Below are positions 12,904 to 25,220 of a stretch of 55,503 bases of DNA, piece by piece. The first letter of the stretch is position 1, and each line of letters begins with the position of its first letter. The DNA comes from Octopus bimaculoides (Eukaryota): NCBI RefSeq assembly GCF_001194135.2, contig NC_068997.1, positions 17,404,254 through 17,459,756 on the forward strand. The letters are read 5' to 3'. The notes under the pieces are model-generated. The model searched no databases and was not told the origin of the DNA. It worked only from the letters and a program-made list of their open reading frames with translations. The translations under genes and the position numbers were made by a program.

Positions 12904-13261
12904 ATCATCGTCGTCATCATCATCGTCGTCATCATCATCGTCGTCATCATCATCGTCGTCACCATCATCGTCGTCATCATCATCGTCGTCAACATCATGG
13001 TCGTCATCATCATCATCGTCATCATCATCGTCGTCACCATCATCGTCGTCATCATCATCGTCGTCATCGTCATCGTCATCATCATCATCGTCGTCATCAT
13101 CATCGTCGTCAACATCATGGTCGTCATCATCATCATCGTCAACATCATCGTCGTCATCATCATCATCGTCGTCATCATCATCGTCATCATCATCATCGTC
13201 GTCAACATCATCGTCGTCATCATCATCGTCGTTACCATCATCGTCGTCATCATCATCGTCG

Positions 13262-13295
<34 letters not shown>

Positions 13296-13296
13296 T

Positions 13297-13336
<40 letters not shown>

Positions 13337-13345
13337 CCATCATCA
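12870..13345. repeat. 15-bp (ATC ATC ATC GTC GTC)n minisatellite grading into (ATC)n, with a 120-bp higher-order duplication
   Basis: The variant 30-mer aacatcatggtcgtcatcatcatcatcgtc occurs at 12991 and 13111; pure (ATC)n follows 13262. Confidence 0.92.
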
Positions 13346-13408
13346 TCCTAGTCATCGTTCTCATCGAAATAACCTTGGAGCCCATCTCCAACTCAGTCTT
13401 ACCTTTAG

Positions 13409-13409
<1 letters not shown>

Positions 13410-13452
<43 letters not shown>

Positions 13453-13490
13453 TTATTATTATTATTAGTTATAGTAGTAGTAGTTGTTGT
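13410..13490. repeat. (TAT)n/(TAG)n microsatellite
   Basis: Direct reading. Confidence 0.95.
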
Positions 13491-14049
13491 CATCGTGGGC
13501 GTTGTTATTGCTGTTGTAAGTTAATTTGTTTAAGTTGTTTTAGAATTGGTAAGTTTATCATAAATTCATTACCGGCATGCTCATCAAATGAACTTGTTAG
13601 TATTAAATGTTATTCCCCTAGTAGCAATCGTCTTTTAAACATTAATCATGTATGCCATTTCTATCTTCGTTGGTGATACGTCAGTATATCATCAGTAGTC
13701 TTAGTACATTTCTTTCAGCGATGTAAGTGCAAAAATAATACTAAATTAAATTTGCGATTTTCACCATTTAAAGATTAGTATAGTCATTAGATTTTTTTTT
13801 TCTTTTCAGTTTACTTTACATATCACAGTTTTATTAATATAGTATCATAGGTTTCAAGTGCTCACCAGCAGAAATATCATAAATGTAATGAGTTTCTGAT
13901 TGTAAGAATAACAAGGGAGGGTATTTAACTCGATACAGAACAAATATCTGAAAAGGTATCGTTCGTAAAGTAAAGGTCACGGATGTCAATACTTTTAAGA
14001 GTAAGTAAAAGCAGACTTCAAATCTCTTCTTAAGTTGCATTCATGTTCA

Positions 14050-14500
14050 CGCATGAGATTGGTGTCTTTAGTAAATGCAAGAACAAATCAGACATCATAT
14101 TTCCTAAGGTAGGACATCGGTGTGAACCCCATTCTTGTAGCTTGTACAAAGACAAACTCTATTGGTGCCAAATGCTATTGATTTTCGACCTTGTTTTGAA
14201 CAACATCAGTTATATAGAGACTAGAGATTTGCTAACTCGGTGTCAAGTCTTCTTACTAACAACCTTGCCAAGACATACTCCCTAGAAAAACATATTTCAC
14301 CATCACCTCATTATGACAGCAAAGCACCGAAGACCAGCCAGCAGCCTGCTGGCGCTGTATTGTCTTACAGCTAGATGGCAGGGGTTCATTCCGATAAAGA
14401 GACTAGCCCTCTTATTGTACGGGCGTGCTACAGCTCGCAACAAGCGTAGCAAGGGACTCCCAATAATTAGTTGCTGTTCGTGTACTCTCCACCGGTTGAG
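14050..14500 (-). mobile_element. Degraded RTE-like LINE reverse-transcriptase relic
   Basis: Minus-strand translation with stops gives EYVLARLLVRRLDTELANL*SLYN*CCSKQGRKSI, compared with the RTE-like KxLARILLNRL...ESQCGFRxGR. An upstream CHNE..FLG resembles CDNYRGISLLSIAG. Confidence 0.5.
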
Positions 14501-15019
14501 TGTAGCGTAACCATGTAGGTGGTATTCGTAGTATACTCATGTCCTAACACAGCAGGTGGTAGACTAAGAATGTCATGAAGACAAAGAGAGCCAGATTGTA
14601 GAAAGTACAGAATATAAACGATGGAATAGTTGATAATTTTTCAGATGATCACTGATGCACACAAATCAGAAATGATTAGCAACAAAGGGTTGAGACTCAA
14701 AGGGAGAATGGTAATACGCCATAACACGCGTCATGTAGACTCGTGAAAGCCAGAAGATAGATATTCACTTTGCTTCTGACAACATAATCTTGTGACCAAA
14801 GCACAGTAGAAAATGACCTTACAGTATACTCTCCGGCACTTTATTTTCTGAATTTAAACCCAGGAGTTAATATTACTGTTCATAATTCCGGAGTCGATAA
14901 CGTGGACTACTACTCACGAAAAGAATCGATGGAATGGACTAACAGCTTGCCCTGTGATAAAATATAAAAGTATTATTGCTGTTGAAGAGTTAGTGGTAGA
15001 ATCTAAAACTATGGTCGAG

Positions 15020-15123
15020 GTGTTATGGTGTATGTTTCCTTGGATAAGTGTCTTCTACTATAACCTCAAGCCAACCAAAGCCTTCTGAGTGTATTTTGTT
15101 GATGGGAACTGAAAGAAGTTCAT

Positions 15124-15125
<2 letters not shown>
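15020..15125 (+). mobile_element. SINE family B 5' half
   Basis: ccttggataagtgtcttctactataacctcaagccaaccaaagccttctgagtg...gaactgaaagaag followed by (AT)n. Confidence 0.8.
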
Positions 15126-15162
<37 letters not shown>

Positions 15163-15461
15163 NNNNNNNNNNNNNNNNNNNNNNNNNNNNNNNNNNNNNN
15201 NNNNNNNNNNNNNNNNNNNNNNNNNNNNNNNNNNNNNNNNNNNNNNNNNNNNNNNNNNNNNNNNNNNNNNNNNNNNNNNNNNNNNNNNNNNNNNNNNNNN
15301 NNNNNNNNNNNNNNNNNNNNNNNNNNNNNNNNNNNNNNNNNNNNNNNNNNNNNNNNNNNNNNNNNNNNNNNNNNNNNNNNNNNNNNNNNNNNNNNNNNNN
15401 NNNNNNNNNNNNNNNNNNNNNNNNNNNNNNNNNNNNNNNNNNNNNNNNNNNNNNNNACAAA

Positions 15462-16679
15462 CCTACATGACGGAAGTATATAGTCACCATTTTGTCGTTA
15501 AAATTAATTTTAATTTGAAACAAAGCATTCAAATTATTTATTTATTATTATAACGTGAAAATCTAATATTTTGTAGCCACGTCGTTTTGCATTTTTCAAT
15601 GCAAAGACCCTAATAGGCATGCTACTGATCAGATGACTAATATTTCGTTGAGGAATTTCTTGCCAAGTTCCCTGCAGTAATCTCAAATGTTCTGGTTTTA
15701 AGAATACCCTCATGTTCTTTTCACGAACATTATGCCTCTGTTCATTATGCCCAAGAGGTTTTCAATAGGGTTCATATCTGGTGACCGGCTTGGCCATGGA
15801 TTCTTTTTGATGCCATTCTATTTCGACCTGTCATGGATCTTTTTAGCAATGTGACAAGGAGCCCCATCTTCCATAAATAGAGTCTTCTTTAATCATTTCA
15901 CCACTGGAAAAGACTGGAAAGTGTCCTTTCTGCAATATGAGCACGTCTGTCTGAATTTATGTTTCTCAAACGCTTCACTAGCGCTGATCGAGCATTGCTC
16001 CAAATTGGTTATCAGACCGTCACGGAATAGCCGCCGTGATTCATTGTTAGTTGCAATCTTTTCACGTCAAATTCTTGATCACAGTGTCTCAAGACCCACA
16101 CTCAACCACTGTCAGAAAATACAGCAAATATGGACTCATCATAGAATATGACAGTCCCAAAATACTAGTGGCCTTTCCACCCTTTCATTCGCCCAATCTT
16201 TTCTCCACTTGTTAGTGGCTGGTCGAAGAAATGGCTTCCTTCTTGCCACTCAAGCAGCGTAGACAAGTTTGTGAAGATACCTGACAGCTATCCTGCGACT
16301 TAAATTAACTTCTGCTATGTTAGAGGCCTTGCAACGAGGTTTATCCTCCAAACTTCTCTTAAGGGTCCTATCAGAGAGTCCTGATCGACCTGGGCGAGGT
16401 GATGTGGACTCCTTCCCCTGTCTGGTGACAATCACTCTATTAACTGTAGAAAGTGGGATCCCAAGGTTTTCTTTGATTTTTCGCTAAGATTGACCCACGA
16501 GAAGCCTCTTTGAAATTGAGACAGTTGCAAGCCTTCTTTTGTACATGGCATGATTAAACAGTCACATATAAAACTAGAAATAGAAAAATGTCGATTAATA
16601 AAATATATAAAACTTTTCAAGTTAAAATAAACATAACACGAATGTTTTATGGGGTGTCTATTGACTTCTGTCATGTCTG
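15462..16679 (-). mobile_element. Decayed Tc1-family DNA transposon (~1.2 kb) with degenerate TIRs
   Basis: TIRs acatgacggaagtatatagtcacc (15465) and ggtgtctattgacttctgtcatgt (16653). The minus-strand pseudo-ORF from the ATG at 16551 contains the HTH-region [21 protein letters not shown], first-D YDES, second-D EDGAPCHIAK and WPSRSPDMNPIENL; it has many stops and frameshifts. Confidence 0.92.
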
Positions 16680-16789
16680 TGTGTATGTATGCTTACACAC
16701 ACACACATATGTATATACATACATACATACATACANNNNNNNNNNTACATACATACATACATACATGCATACATACATACATAGTATGC

Positions 16790-16895
16790 GACACCTTCAG
16801 TAAGTGACTACTGTGGACTTCTACTTATAATGGGCCAGCTAACCCGTTATAAGTCGATTTCGCAGACAAAAACTAAAAGAAGCCCGTCTTGTGTG
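16790..16895 (+). mobile_element. SINE family B 5' half, degenerate
   Basis: ...cttctacttataatgggccagctaacccg..gcagacaaaaactaaaagaagcccgtc followed by (TG)n. Confidence 0.6.
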
Positions 16896-19006
16896 TGTGT
16901 GTATGTGTGTAACATACACACACATATATATACATACATATATATGCACACACACACACACATATATATATACATACACACATATATATATATATATATT
17001 ATATNNNNNNNNNNNNNNNNNNNNNNNNNNNNNNNNNNNNNNNNNNNNNNNNNNNNNNNNNNNNNNNNNNNNNNNNNNNNNNNNNNNNNNNNNNNNNNNN
17101 NNNNNNNNNNNNNNNNNNNNNNNNNNNNNNNNNNNNNNNNNNNNNNNNNNNNNNNNNNNNNNNNNNNNNNNNNNNNNNNNNNNNNNNNNNNNNNNNNNNN
17201 NNNNNNNNNNNNNNNNNNNNNNNNNNNNNNNNNNNNNNNNNNNNNNNNNNNNNNNNNNNNNNNNNNNNNNNNNNNNNNNNNNNNNNNNNNNGTGTAGGGG
17301 TGCATGTATATACAAAAATAAACACACAGACACACATATGCTTTACGAATCACTATTTTGTAATATTCGCTAACCACACAATAGAAATAAATAAGTGCGC
17401 CTCAAATAATGAAGTTTAATCCATGCCTCCTTCCCCTGCAAATTTTGTGGACTTCTACCTATCCGTTGTATCTTTATTTATGAGAATCTCTTCGATTTTA
17501 GTTTGTTTGTTTTGGGTTTTTTTCCACTTGTCTTTACATCTTCACAATTATTTATTTTTTTTATTAGTAGACCATTAAAAATCTGTTTTGAAGGAGACTT
17601 GCTTCAGAAACTCTATTTAGCAGGTGTCGAATATCGGTTTTGTTAAAATACCCATGTTTCAACCATATAAATCGGCAAACTTCGCAATAAAACGGCCAAA
17701 GAAGAACAGAAGCAGTGGCGATAAATATTCTAATGTTTCTGTTTACAAGCCATCAATTTTCTTTGGTTGCATCGTCACGTTAATGATTGTTGAACCACTC
17801 ACACCAGAACATATAAATATATCCAAACTATCAATCTATCTGCATCTCACTCTCTTTCTCTCTCACTCTCACTCACTTTCTCTCTCTCTAGCTCCCTGTA
17901 TTTCTCTCTCTCTCTCTCTATCACTCTTCCACGCACACTCACACACACATGCACACACACTTATATATATGTGGCTATGTATATATAACACATATATATG
18001 TGTATATGCACACAAATGTGTAAATATGTATATGTATGTATATATATANNNNNNNNNNNNNNNNNNNNNNNNNNNNNNNNNNNNNNNNNNNNNNNNNNNN
18101 NNNNNNNNNNNNNNNNNNNNNNNNNNNNNNNNNNNNNNNNNNNNNNNNNNNNNNNNNNNNNNNNNNNNNNNNNNNNNNNNNNNNNNNNNNNNNNNNNNNN
18201 NNNNNNNNNNNNNNNNNNNNNNNNNNNNNNNNNNNNNNNNNNNNNNNNNNNNNNNNNNNNNNNNNNNNNNNNNNNNNNNNNNNNNNNNNNNNNNNNNNNN
18301 NNNNNNNNNNNNNNNNNNNNNNNNNNNNNNNNNNNNNNNNNNNNNNNNNNNNNNNNNNNNNNNNNNNNNNNNNNNNNNNNNNNNNNNNNNNNNNNNNNNN
18401 NNNNNNNNNNNNNNNNNNNNNNNNNNNNNNNNNNNNNNNNNNNNNNNNNNNNNNNNNNNNNNNNNNNNNNNNNNNNNNNNNNNNNNNNNNNNNNNNNNNN
18501 NNNNNNNNNNNNNNNNNNNNNNNNNNNNNNNNNNNNNNNNNNNNNNNNNNNNNNNNNNNNNNNNNNNNNNNNNNNNNNNNNNNNNNNNNNNNNNNNNNNN
18601 NNNNNNNNNNNNNNNNNNNNNNNNNNNNNNNNNNNNNNNNNNNNNNNNNNNNNNNNNNNNNNNNNNNNNNNNNNNNNNNNNNNNNNNNNNNNNNNNNNNN
18701 NNNNNNNNNNNNNNNNNNNNNNNNNNNNNNNNNNNNNNNNNNNNNNNNNNNNNNNNNNNNNNNNNNNNNNNNNNNNNNNNNNNNNNNNNNNNNNNNNNNN
18801 NNNNNNNNNNNNNNNNNNNNNNNNNNNNNNNNNNNNNNNNNNNNNNNNNNNNNNNNNNNNNNNNNNNNNNNNNNNNNNNNNNNNNNNNNNNNNNNNNNNN
18901 NNNNNNNNAATAATATGTCTACAGTATATACATATTTATTTATATCTATGTCTGTGTATCTATGCATTTATGTCTCTATTTATCTCTCTCTCTCCCTCTC
19001 TCAAAG

Positions 19007-19037
<31 letters not shown>

Positions 19038-19740
19038 ATATATATGGATACATATTTGTATGTATATATGTACACATACATACACACACATATATGAGTG
19101 TTTGTGTGTACTTTTGTGCGTGTGTATGTGCGTGCGTGTGTGTATGTGTGTGTTTCTGTATGTATGTGTGTGTGTGTGTGTGTTTATGTGTGTGTGTTGA
19201 TGATGTATCTATGGCTGTATATGAAAATCTGACTCAATAGGCGACCACATCGAGATAAGGTTGACGATATCTGTTTATCACGGGTCACGAAAGCGCGTAC
19301 TGTGCTACTGTACGACTATGAGTGAGCAAGCCAATTAAAAATTATCGTCAATCGCATTTGCAGTGGCTTCCTACCAATCAAAATATTAGAGACATTTGGA
19401 AATCTAGTTGACAAATCTGATTATTAAGCAACCAATTCTCTCTGTAAACAACCTTTACGACAAGCCGTCGACTTTGGCATGTTGTAATCTAATGATTGAT
19501 ATATTTTCATTGGTGTATGAAGCTTATATAATAATATATAGACCCAGGCAATGGTGATGAAGGACTGGTCTTCATCTATTAGCATATATATATATATAGT
19601 GTCTTTTTTCACGAAAGAAATTTTGATGTACGTAAAAAACGCCGGAAAAATTGCGCAGATCATAATTCATTGCCGACACATTGAGTCTAAATGTGCTATC
19701 ATAATCGTATCTGGTTCGTAGATATAATTAGNNNNNNNNN

Positions 19741-19860
19741 NTTGTTGTTGTTGTCGCTTTGAAGTTGCTGTTGTTGTTGTTGGTGGTGGTGGTGGTGCAC
19801 GTGCTGCTGCTGCTGCTGGCGGCAGCGTCGTTGATTGTCGTGGTGGGGTTTGTAGCTTGA
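19741..19860. repeat. Degenerate (GTT/GGT/GCT)n compound repeat
   Basis: Direct reading. Confidence 0.85.
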
Positions 19861-19924
19861 GCAACAAGTCGATATGAGTCTCGCGGTAGTGTTTTGTTCC
19901 GTTTTAACCTTGTTTCAAGAATTG

Positions 19925-20338
19925 ATCTTTCATCTTTTTACCTTTTCATTGTTCCAGTCATTGGACTGTGACCATATTTGTAGCACCATTTGAAAAGGTT
20001 TTAGTTGAACGAATGGAACCTAGAATTTTTGTAATATCTGGTACTTATTATATTTTCTTTTATCCCGAACTGCTAAGTGAGAAGGACGTACGGAAAGCAA
20101 CACCGGTTGTGTAGCGGTGGAATGGACCGCGTACAATTATAAATACGCACATACACGCACACATGCGCGCGCGCATAAGTACATGAGGAACTTCTTTCAG
20201 TTTCCTTCAACCAAATCTACTCACAAAGCTTTCATTGACCCTATGGCTGTTGGAAAAGACATTTGCCACACAGTGGGATTAAACTGAGCACCCCATGTTG
20301 TTGGGAAACGATATTCTCAACACACAGCCACCCTATGC
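19925..20338 (-). mobile_element. Near full-length degenerate SINE family B with an internal CA/CG microsatellite
   Basis: 3' half tttaccttttcattgttccagtcattggactgtgacc...ccggttgt, internal acacacatgcgcgcgc, 5' half cttctttcagtttccttcaaccaaatctactcacaaagc...acacagtgggattaaac...cacacagccac. Confidence 0.8.
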
Positions 20339-20353
20339 CTCTGTGTTCAAAAG

Positions 20354-20493
20354 CAGGGCCAGCTCAAGATAGCGGCAACTTGGGCAGCTACCCAGGGTGT
20401 CATGAGGGAGACAAGGAAATTTGAGCAACTGTCAGCTTGTAATCGCCGAAATTCAAATTTCCCGGAGTACTAACAACCCTAGGGTCAGCCCTG
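20354..20493. mobile_element. 140-bp hAT-type MITE with a perfect 8-bp TSD
   Basis: Ends CAGGGCcagc...gtcaGCCCTG; TTCAAAAG at 20346-20353 and 20494-20501. An 8-bp TSD with CAGGG termini is typical of the hAT superfamily. Confidence 0.85.
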
Positions 20494-22446
20494 TTCAAAA
20501 GTGTTCATCATATATTGAACGATACTGAGAAACAGCTCCGCTCCCTTAGAGTTTAGCTCTTCGGGTTGGAAGTTACATTTATTTTAGTGAAGTACAGCCA
20601 TTCTTTCACAAGTTTAAACAAAGTATGACGTAGTATTATTCGTGAGAAATCCAGAGAAGTTGGGCTACAAACTAGAAGACCTCTGTTTACACGACTGTCA
20701 CCATGTTAACCGAAAATTATACCGCTATTTCTTCCGCCACCAGTCTCTGCCGAATCAGTAACAATGAACGCGAAAACAAAAGCATCAGTGAACATGGAAA
20801 CAACAGCTACAATTTATGTGAGAACAAGAGGGATAACAACAATTTTAATGAGGAGCAGACACAGGAACATTTAATTCCCTGTGCGGGAAAGGCCAGTAGA
20901 ATATCTGTGGTAGGGTGGAATTAAAAGCTCGATAGACTCCGACTTGATTTCTAGCATGTGCCAATATGGACAGGGTTGAATGCATTGGGCAATCCAAGAC
21001 CGTATCAAGATATGGTATTCGTTTAAACTATAGGTAGCACTGACAGCAATTTAAAACAGTCGGCTACACAGACCACGATTAGAGTAGACTTGTAAGGTTG
21101 AGTAAAGAGTAGCAACAGAGAAAACTAGATTGCAGAGCAAGTATAAGACCTTACAAGAGGGGCGTAGGGAATCTTACAGTGCTATTATAATTACACTCAT
21201 AAATTTTAGCTCCCTTATAAAATCTATGCATGATGCGTGTCATAGTAACTAGTGAAAGGTTACAACCAAAGCAAAATTCATTTTGTTTCATGGCAACGTA
21301 AAAAGTAAATTTTGACTTTTGGATGCGATTTACACGGTGCAGTTAGAAAGGCATCAATCACATTAGCAATGCCTAGACCTAGAGAGAGTGGCTCATCAGA
21401 GTAAAATTCCTTGGCTATACACATATCACAGTGGTCAATCTGCTTGAAATAATTCACTTTTAAATAAATGTGTCTTCTCTCATCGGCGAAATATAAATAG
21501 AAATTAAAAGGCACGTCCACCATATACAAAGAAAATGTTCAGCTGTTAACAAGAGATATGAGAGAACTTCAATATCATTCAGCAATTACAACTCGACTGT
21601 TTTAATCATGTTATATATTCGATAACACATTAGCCAGTCCACCATTTTAGGTAGAATTTATGAACGTCTCTCCACGTTGGAATTAAACTTACAATTTATT
21701 GCTGCTATTTGAATAACATCTAGGCTAAGTAAGATGTCTAATTTATAGTGTAGATTGTTACTAATAGATCGATAGAAGCTTTACTTAGTACAAACAATAA
21801 TATTTTCCACATGATTATTCATCTTCTTGACGCGACTAAAAGCATTTCTTAGTTAAATATTTATTTAAACAGAAGTTGACGATTGCGCTAACGATAATGT
21901 ATGTATTTATTTACTCTTCAGCGTTTTCAGATTTTATTATAGGATTTCTCAATGTCTTCAATTGGAAAATATTGTATTTACTTTACGGCATTGTTGATGT
22001 TGTTATTTATATTTTTATTTATTCGATGTTTCTTTTTTTTATCTTCCATCTGTTCTTTTTCATATGATTTTATTTCTTTGATTATTATATTGACAAGCGT
22101 ATTTTTTTGTTAATTTCCATAAACGTATATACATTTACGTGCGCGTGCTTGGGTGTGTACGTATATTATGTACGTGTGTGTGTGTGTGTGTGTGTGCGTG
22201 TGTGTGTGCGTGTGTTTGTAAGTGTATTGATGTATATATGTATGCATGTAAGCACAAAACACATACATACGCACTCAAAACACGACCATATGTCTTGACT
22301 TCATGCTTTCATTTTTGCGTGTGTTTGTGTCGTTTTATAGACTACGAAGCGAATTTCATACGTTTTCTCTAAATTGGAAAGATAATCATAATTATAAAAA
22401 CTATCATGTTAACTCATAAGATTGAGTAGCATATATATATATATAG

Positions 22447-22450
22447 GGAG

Positions 22451-22526
<76 letters not shown>

Positions 22527-22527
22527 G
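22447..22527. repeat. (GATA)n microsatellite
   Basis: Direct reading. Confidence 0.97.
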
Positions 22528-22599
22528 ATCGGTATATCCAAGTTATGCTGGATGTCATATTAGAACAAGAATACTGCGTTATTAGTCTCGAGAAGTCCT

Positions 22600-23250
22600 C
22601 TCATAGATCGCAGCAGCTGAAGTTTGTCTCTCATGGGTACCAGAATTCTTATATCGCCTGATTACATTGTATTGGACTTCATCAGTGGCAAGCACCATAC
22701 AACCGATTGCCAATAGAATCTCGTTGCGACGATATATATGGAATCCTGCATCTGTTCAGATATTAATGTCAAAACGTGATCAGGCTTATGACAAATTATT
22801 AGCGGCGGAAGAAGCAATAATACCAAAGAGCACTCAGTGTATTCAGGTTAACATCAATGCTTCGTTAGAACACCGAATACTGCCTTCTTAGCCTTCGGTG
22901 ATCTTCTAATATAGGACAAAACTAAATAAGATGATATTGAAATTGCGGTGACGGTGACAGACAAATTTCATCTGCTACACTCAGCGTGTATGCTTTTATA
23001 CACCAAGTGCTTATACGAAAGTATGGCAAGAAGCCGAATCCTCCTGCCGCAAATGACCTTATTGCAGCAAGCCTCCACAGGTGGGTTTGACCACACAATC
23101 CAGTAGCTTAAAATAGTTGTCTGAATTAAACTTAAGACATAGTCCAAAGATGACACAGACATTCGCCTGCTGTTTCAAGTCCTGCTGTCCATGGAGTCGT
23201 AGTCTCCATTGCAGCTGTCCACGTGATGTTTTACAGATTTACAGAATTCA
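22600..23250 (-). mobile_element. Degraded RTE-like LINE (RT C-terminal region)
   Basis: Minus-strand fragments QQDLKQQANVCVIFGLCLK (cf. EDLQ..ACKxFGLTIS), FGVLTK...LLLPPLI (cf. VLPxLLYGSETW) and DAGFHIYRRNEILLAIG (cf. DAFHxRCLRRILGI), with many stops. Confidence 0.55.
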
Positions 23251-25040
23251 CTAAGTAATTAGTAGCAGACATATTGTCGATATTTTAGTACCCGGCGAGA
23301 ATCTTCAAGAAGCATTTACTCGTTTTCAGTATTCATATGAAATCTTGTACACGTGAGCTAAAATTTTCTCAACTGCAATTTTGAGTTTATGCTGTCCAAC
23401 ACTGATACCTGTTCTCCAATATATCAAGCTTCTTCTGAAAAAAAAAGAAGACATAGATTCCGTAAATGGAGTCGAAATATCCAGCATTGAAACACACACA
23501 CACACACATACATAGATGTGTGTGCGTATGTGTATATATGTGTGTATATATATGTGTATATATATGTGTGTGTCTATGTATATATATATACATATATATT
23601 TCACACACATATATACATATATATGTGTGTGCGTTGTGGGTTTCGTCTTGGTGTGTACGTGTGTGCGTGCGTGTATGCGTGCGTGTATGCGTGCGTGTAT
23701 GCGTGCATGTGTGTGTTTGTGTGTGTGTTAATAGTGCGTATATAACATCATATATGCATAATTACATACGTACACAAAAATATACGAAAAATATACGGCT
23801 TTCTAAAAGTCTCCCCTACCAAATTTCCCTCACAATGTTACTGGTTAAAGCGAAGCTTCGGTAATAGACATTAATGAAGGTGCCACACATTTAAATTGAA
23901 ACTGGAGCTAGAAAACTTCAAAAATATCCTGTTAAATACATAGCCATACCTGTTCAATTTCGCTGCAAGTTGACTTCATAAGACAGAAACAAACATAAAT
24001 CTAACCAGAATATGATGAATTATGTGATAGGATATGTGGAATTCACAAACTAAAACTAAAACAGTAATATTTAAATTTAAGAGTGCATTAACTTTACTAA
24101 AATTAAGTTTCCATCTTTTGCATATTAAGACTGAGCACAAGGTTTACAAATAAAGTTAAAATACAGGTGGTGGAGAAGCTTCAACCAACCAACATCTTCG
24201 CCATCGCATCTACTGTTTCCTGGCAGCATTTCAAGTGGTAAAAATAAGGCCATTAATTTTGAGCACTATTATCTTGTTAGTTATGCTTTTCTTATAGAAG
24301 TGAAGAGAATATAGCTCTGCAAGTAGAAAGTTTTACAGACAAGAAGGGAAAAATGCAGGAAAGATGAAAAATAATAATATCGAAAGTCCAACCGTGTTTA
24401 ATGTCAGACATGCGAATTCAATATAGCTGACGTTTACTTTATTCATGTCACAGAAAGAAGAAAATGAAATGAAGACATACACAAAAATGTTAAGAAAATA
24501 AAAAAAGAAAAGAAAAGACAAAAAGAAAGGCGGGTTTTTTGATGTTCATAGCTTAACGAAACCATGAAAATTTCTAGATGAACTAACATAATATTTGAAG
24601 AAAATGTTCTCAAACAAAAACGGATAAATGTAGCATTATCAGACTTGGAGTTGTAAAACATTAAACGGAAAGTCATAAGCAAGACACAAGTAAAGTATCC
24701 TATTCTATTGACATGCATTCTCTGGCAAAATGTCAATGGATTTTGTATTGCAACTGGCCATATGTTTATTGCATAACACCGAAATTCCTTAGCGGAATGG
24801 ACCATTCATATATTTCTTTAAAGCGTTACATTAACTTCGTAGGCATCGCATCACATTAACGCTTTAAACAATGAATACATTTGATAGTCAAAGAATCCTA
24901 CCTAAATATATTATATACAGTATGTTATATGCATATATACATATTTACTGAGAAAGATATATATATATACATAAATGTGAGTGTATGTTTGTGTATTCAC
25001 AATAACCACGTTGTCTATTCACAGTAAACGACTATCTACT

Positions 25041-25058
25041 AGATCATCATCATCATCA

Positions 25059-25132
<74 letters not shown>
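25041..25132. repeat. (TCA)n(TTA)n microsatellite
   Basis: Direct reading. Confidence 0.97.
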
Positions 25133-25133
25133 G

Positions 25134-25220
25134 TGGAGGCGCAATGGCCCAGTGGTTAAGGCAGCGGATTCGCAGTCGGAGGATCGCAGTTTCGATTCCC
25201 AATCCGGGCGTTGTGTGTGA
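25134..25220 (+). mobile_element. tRNA-like head of SINE family C, 3'-truncated
   Basis: tggaggcgcaatggcccagtggttaaggcagcggattcgcagtcggaggatcgcagtttcgattcccaatccgggcgttgtg has pol III A/B boxes; it is homologous to 44040-44220 and has no proper acceptor stem. Confidence 0.85.

Noticed and set aside
12870-13260. Regularly spaced repeats suggesting a CRISPR-like array
   Set aside because: There are no unique spacers; it is a contiguous tandem trinucleotide-derived repeat in a eukaryotic context.
12718-13524. 268-aa Ile/Val-rich, 174-aa poly-Ser and 218-aa poly-Met/Thr ORFs
   Set aside because: They are alternative readings of the ATC/GTC minisatellite with no domain content.
20620-20924. YDVVLFVRNPEKLGYKLEDL (Rossmann- or ENaC-like look) and ORF MLTENYTAISS...
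   Set aside because: The motif similarities are short, lie in different frames and are bounded by stops without convincing splice sites; this is compatible with chance.
25134-25210. Apparent tRNA gene
   Set aside because: It has A/B boxes but no pairing acceptor stem, and it continues into SINE body sequence shared with 44040-44220; it is a SINE head.
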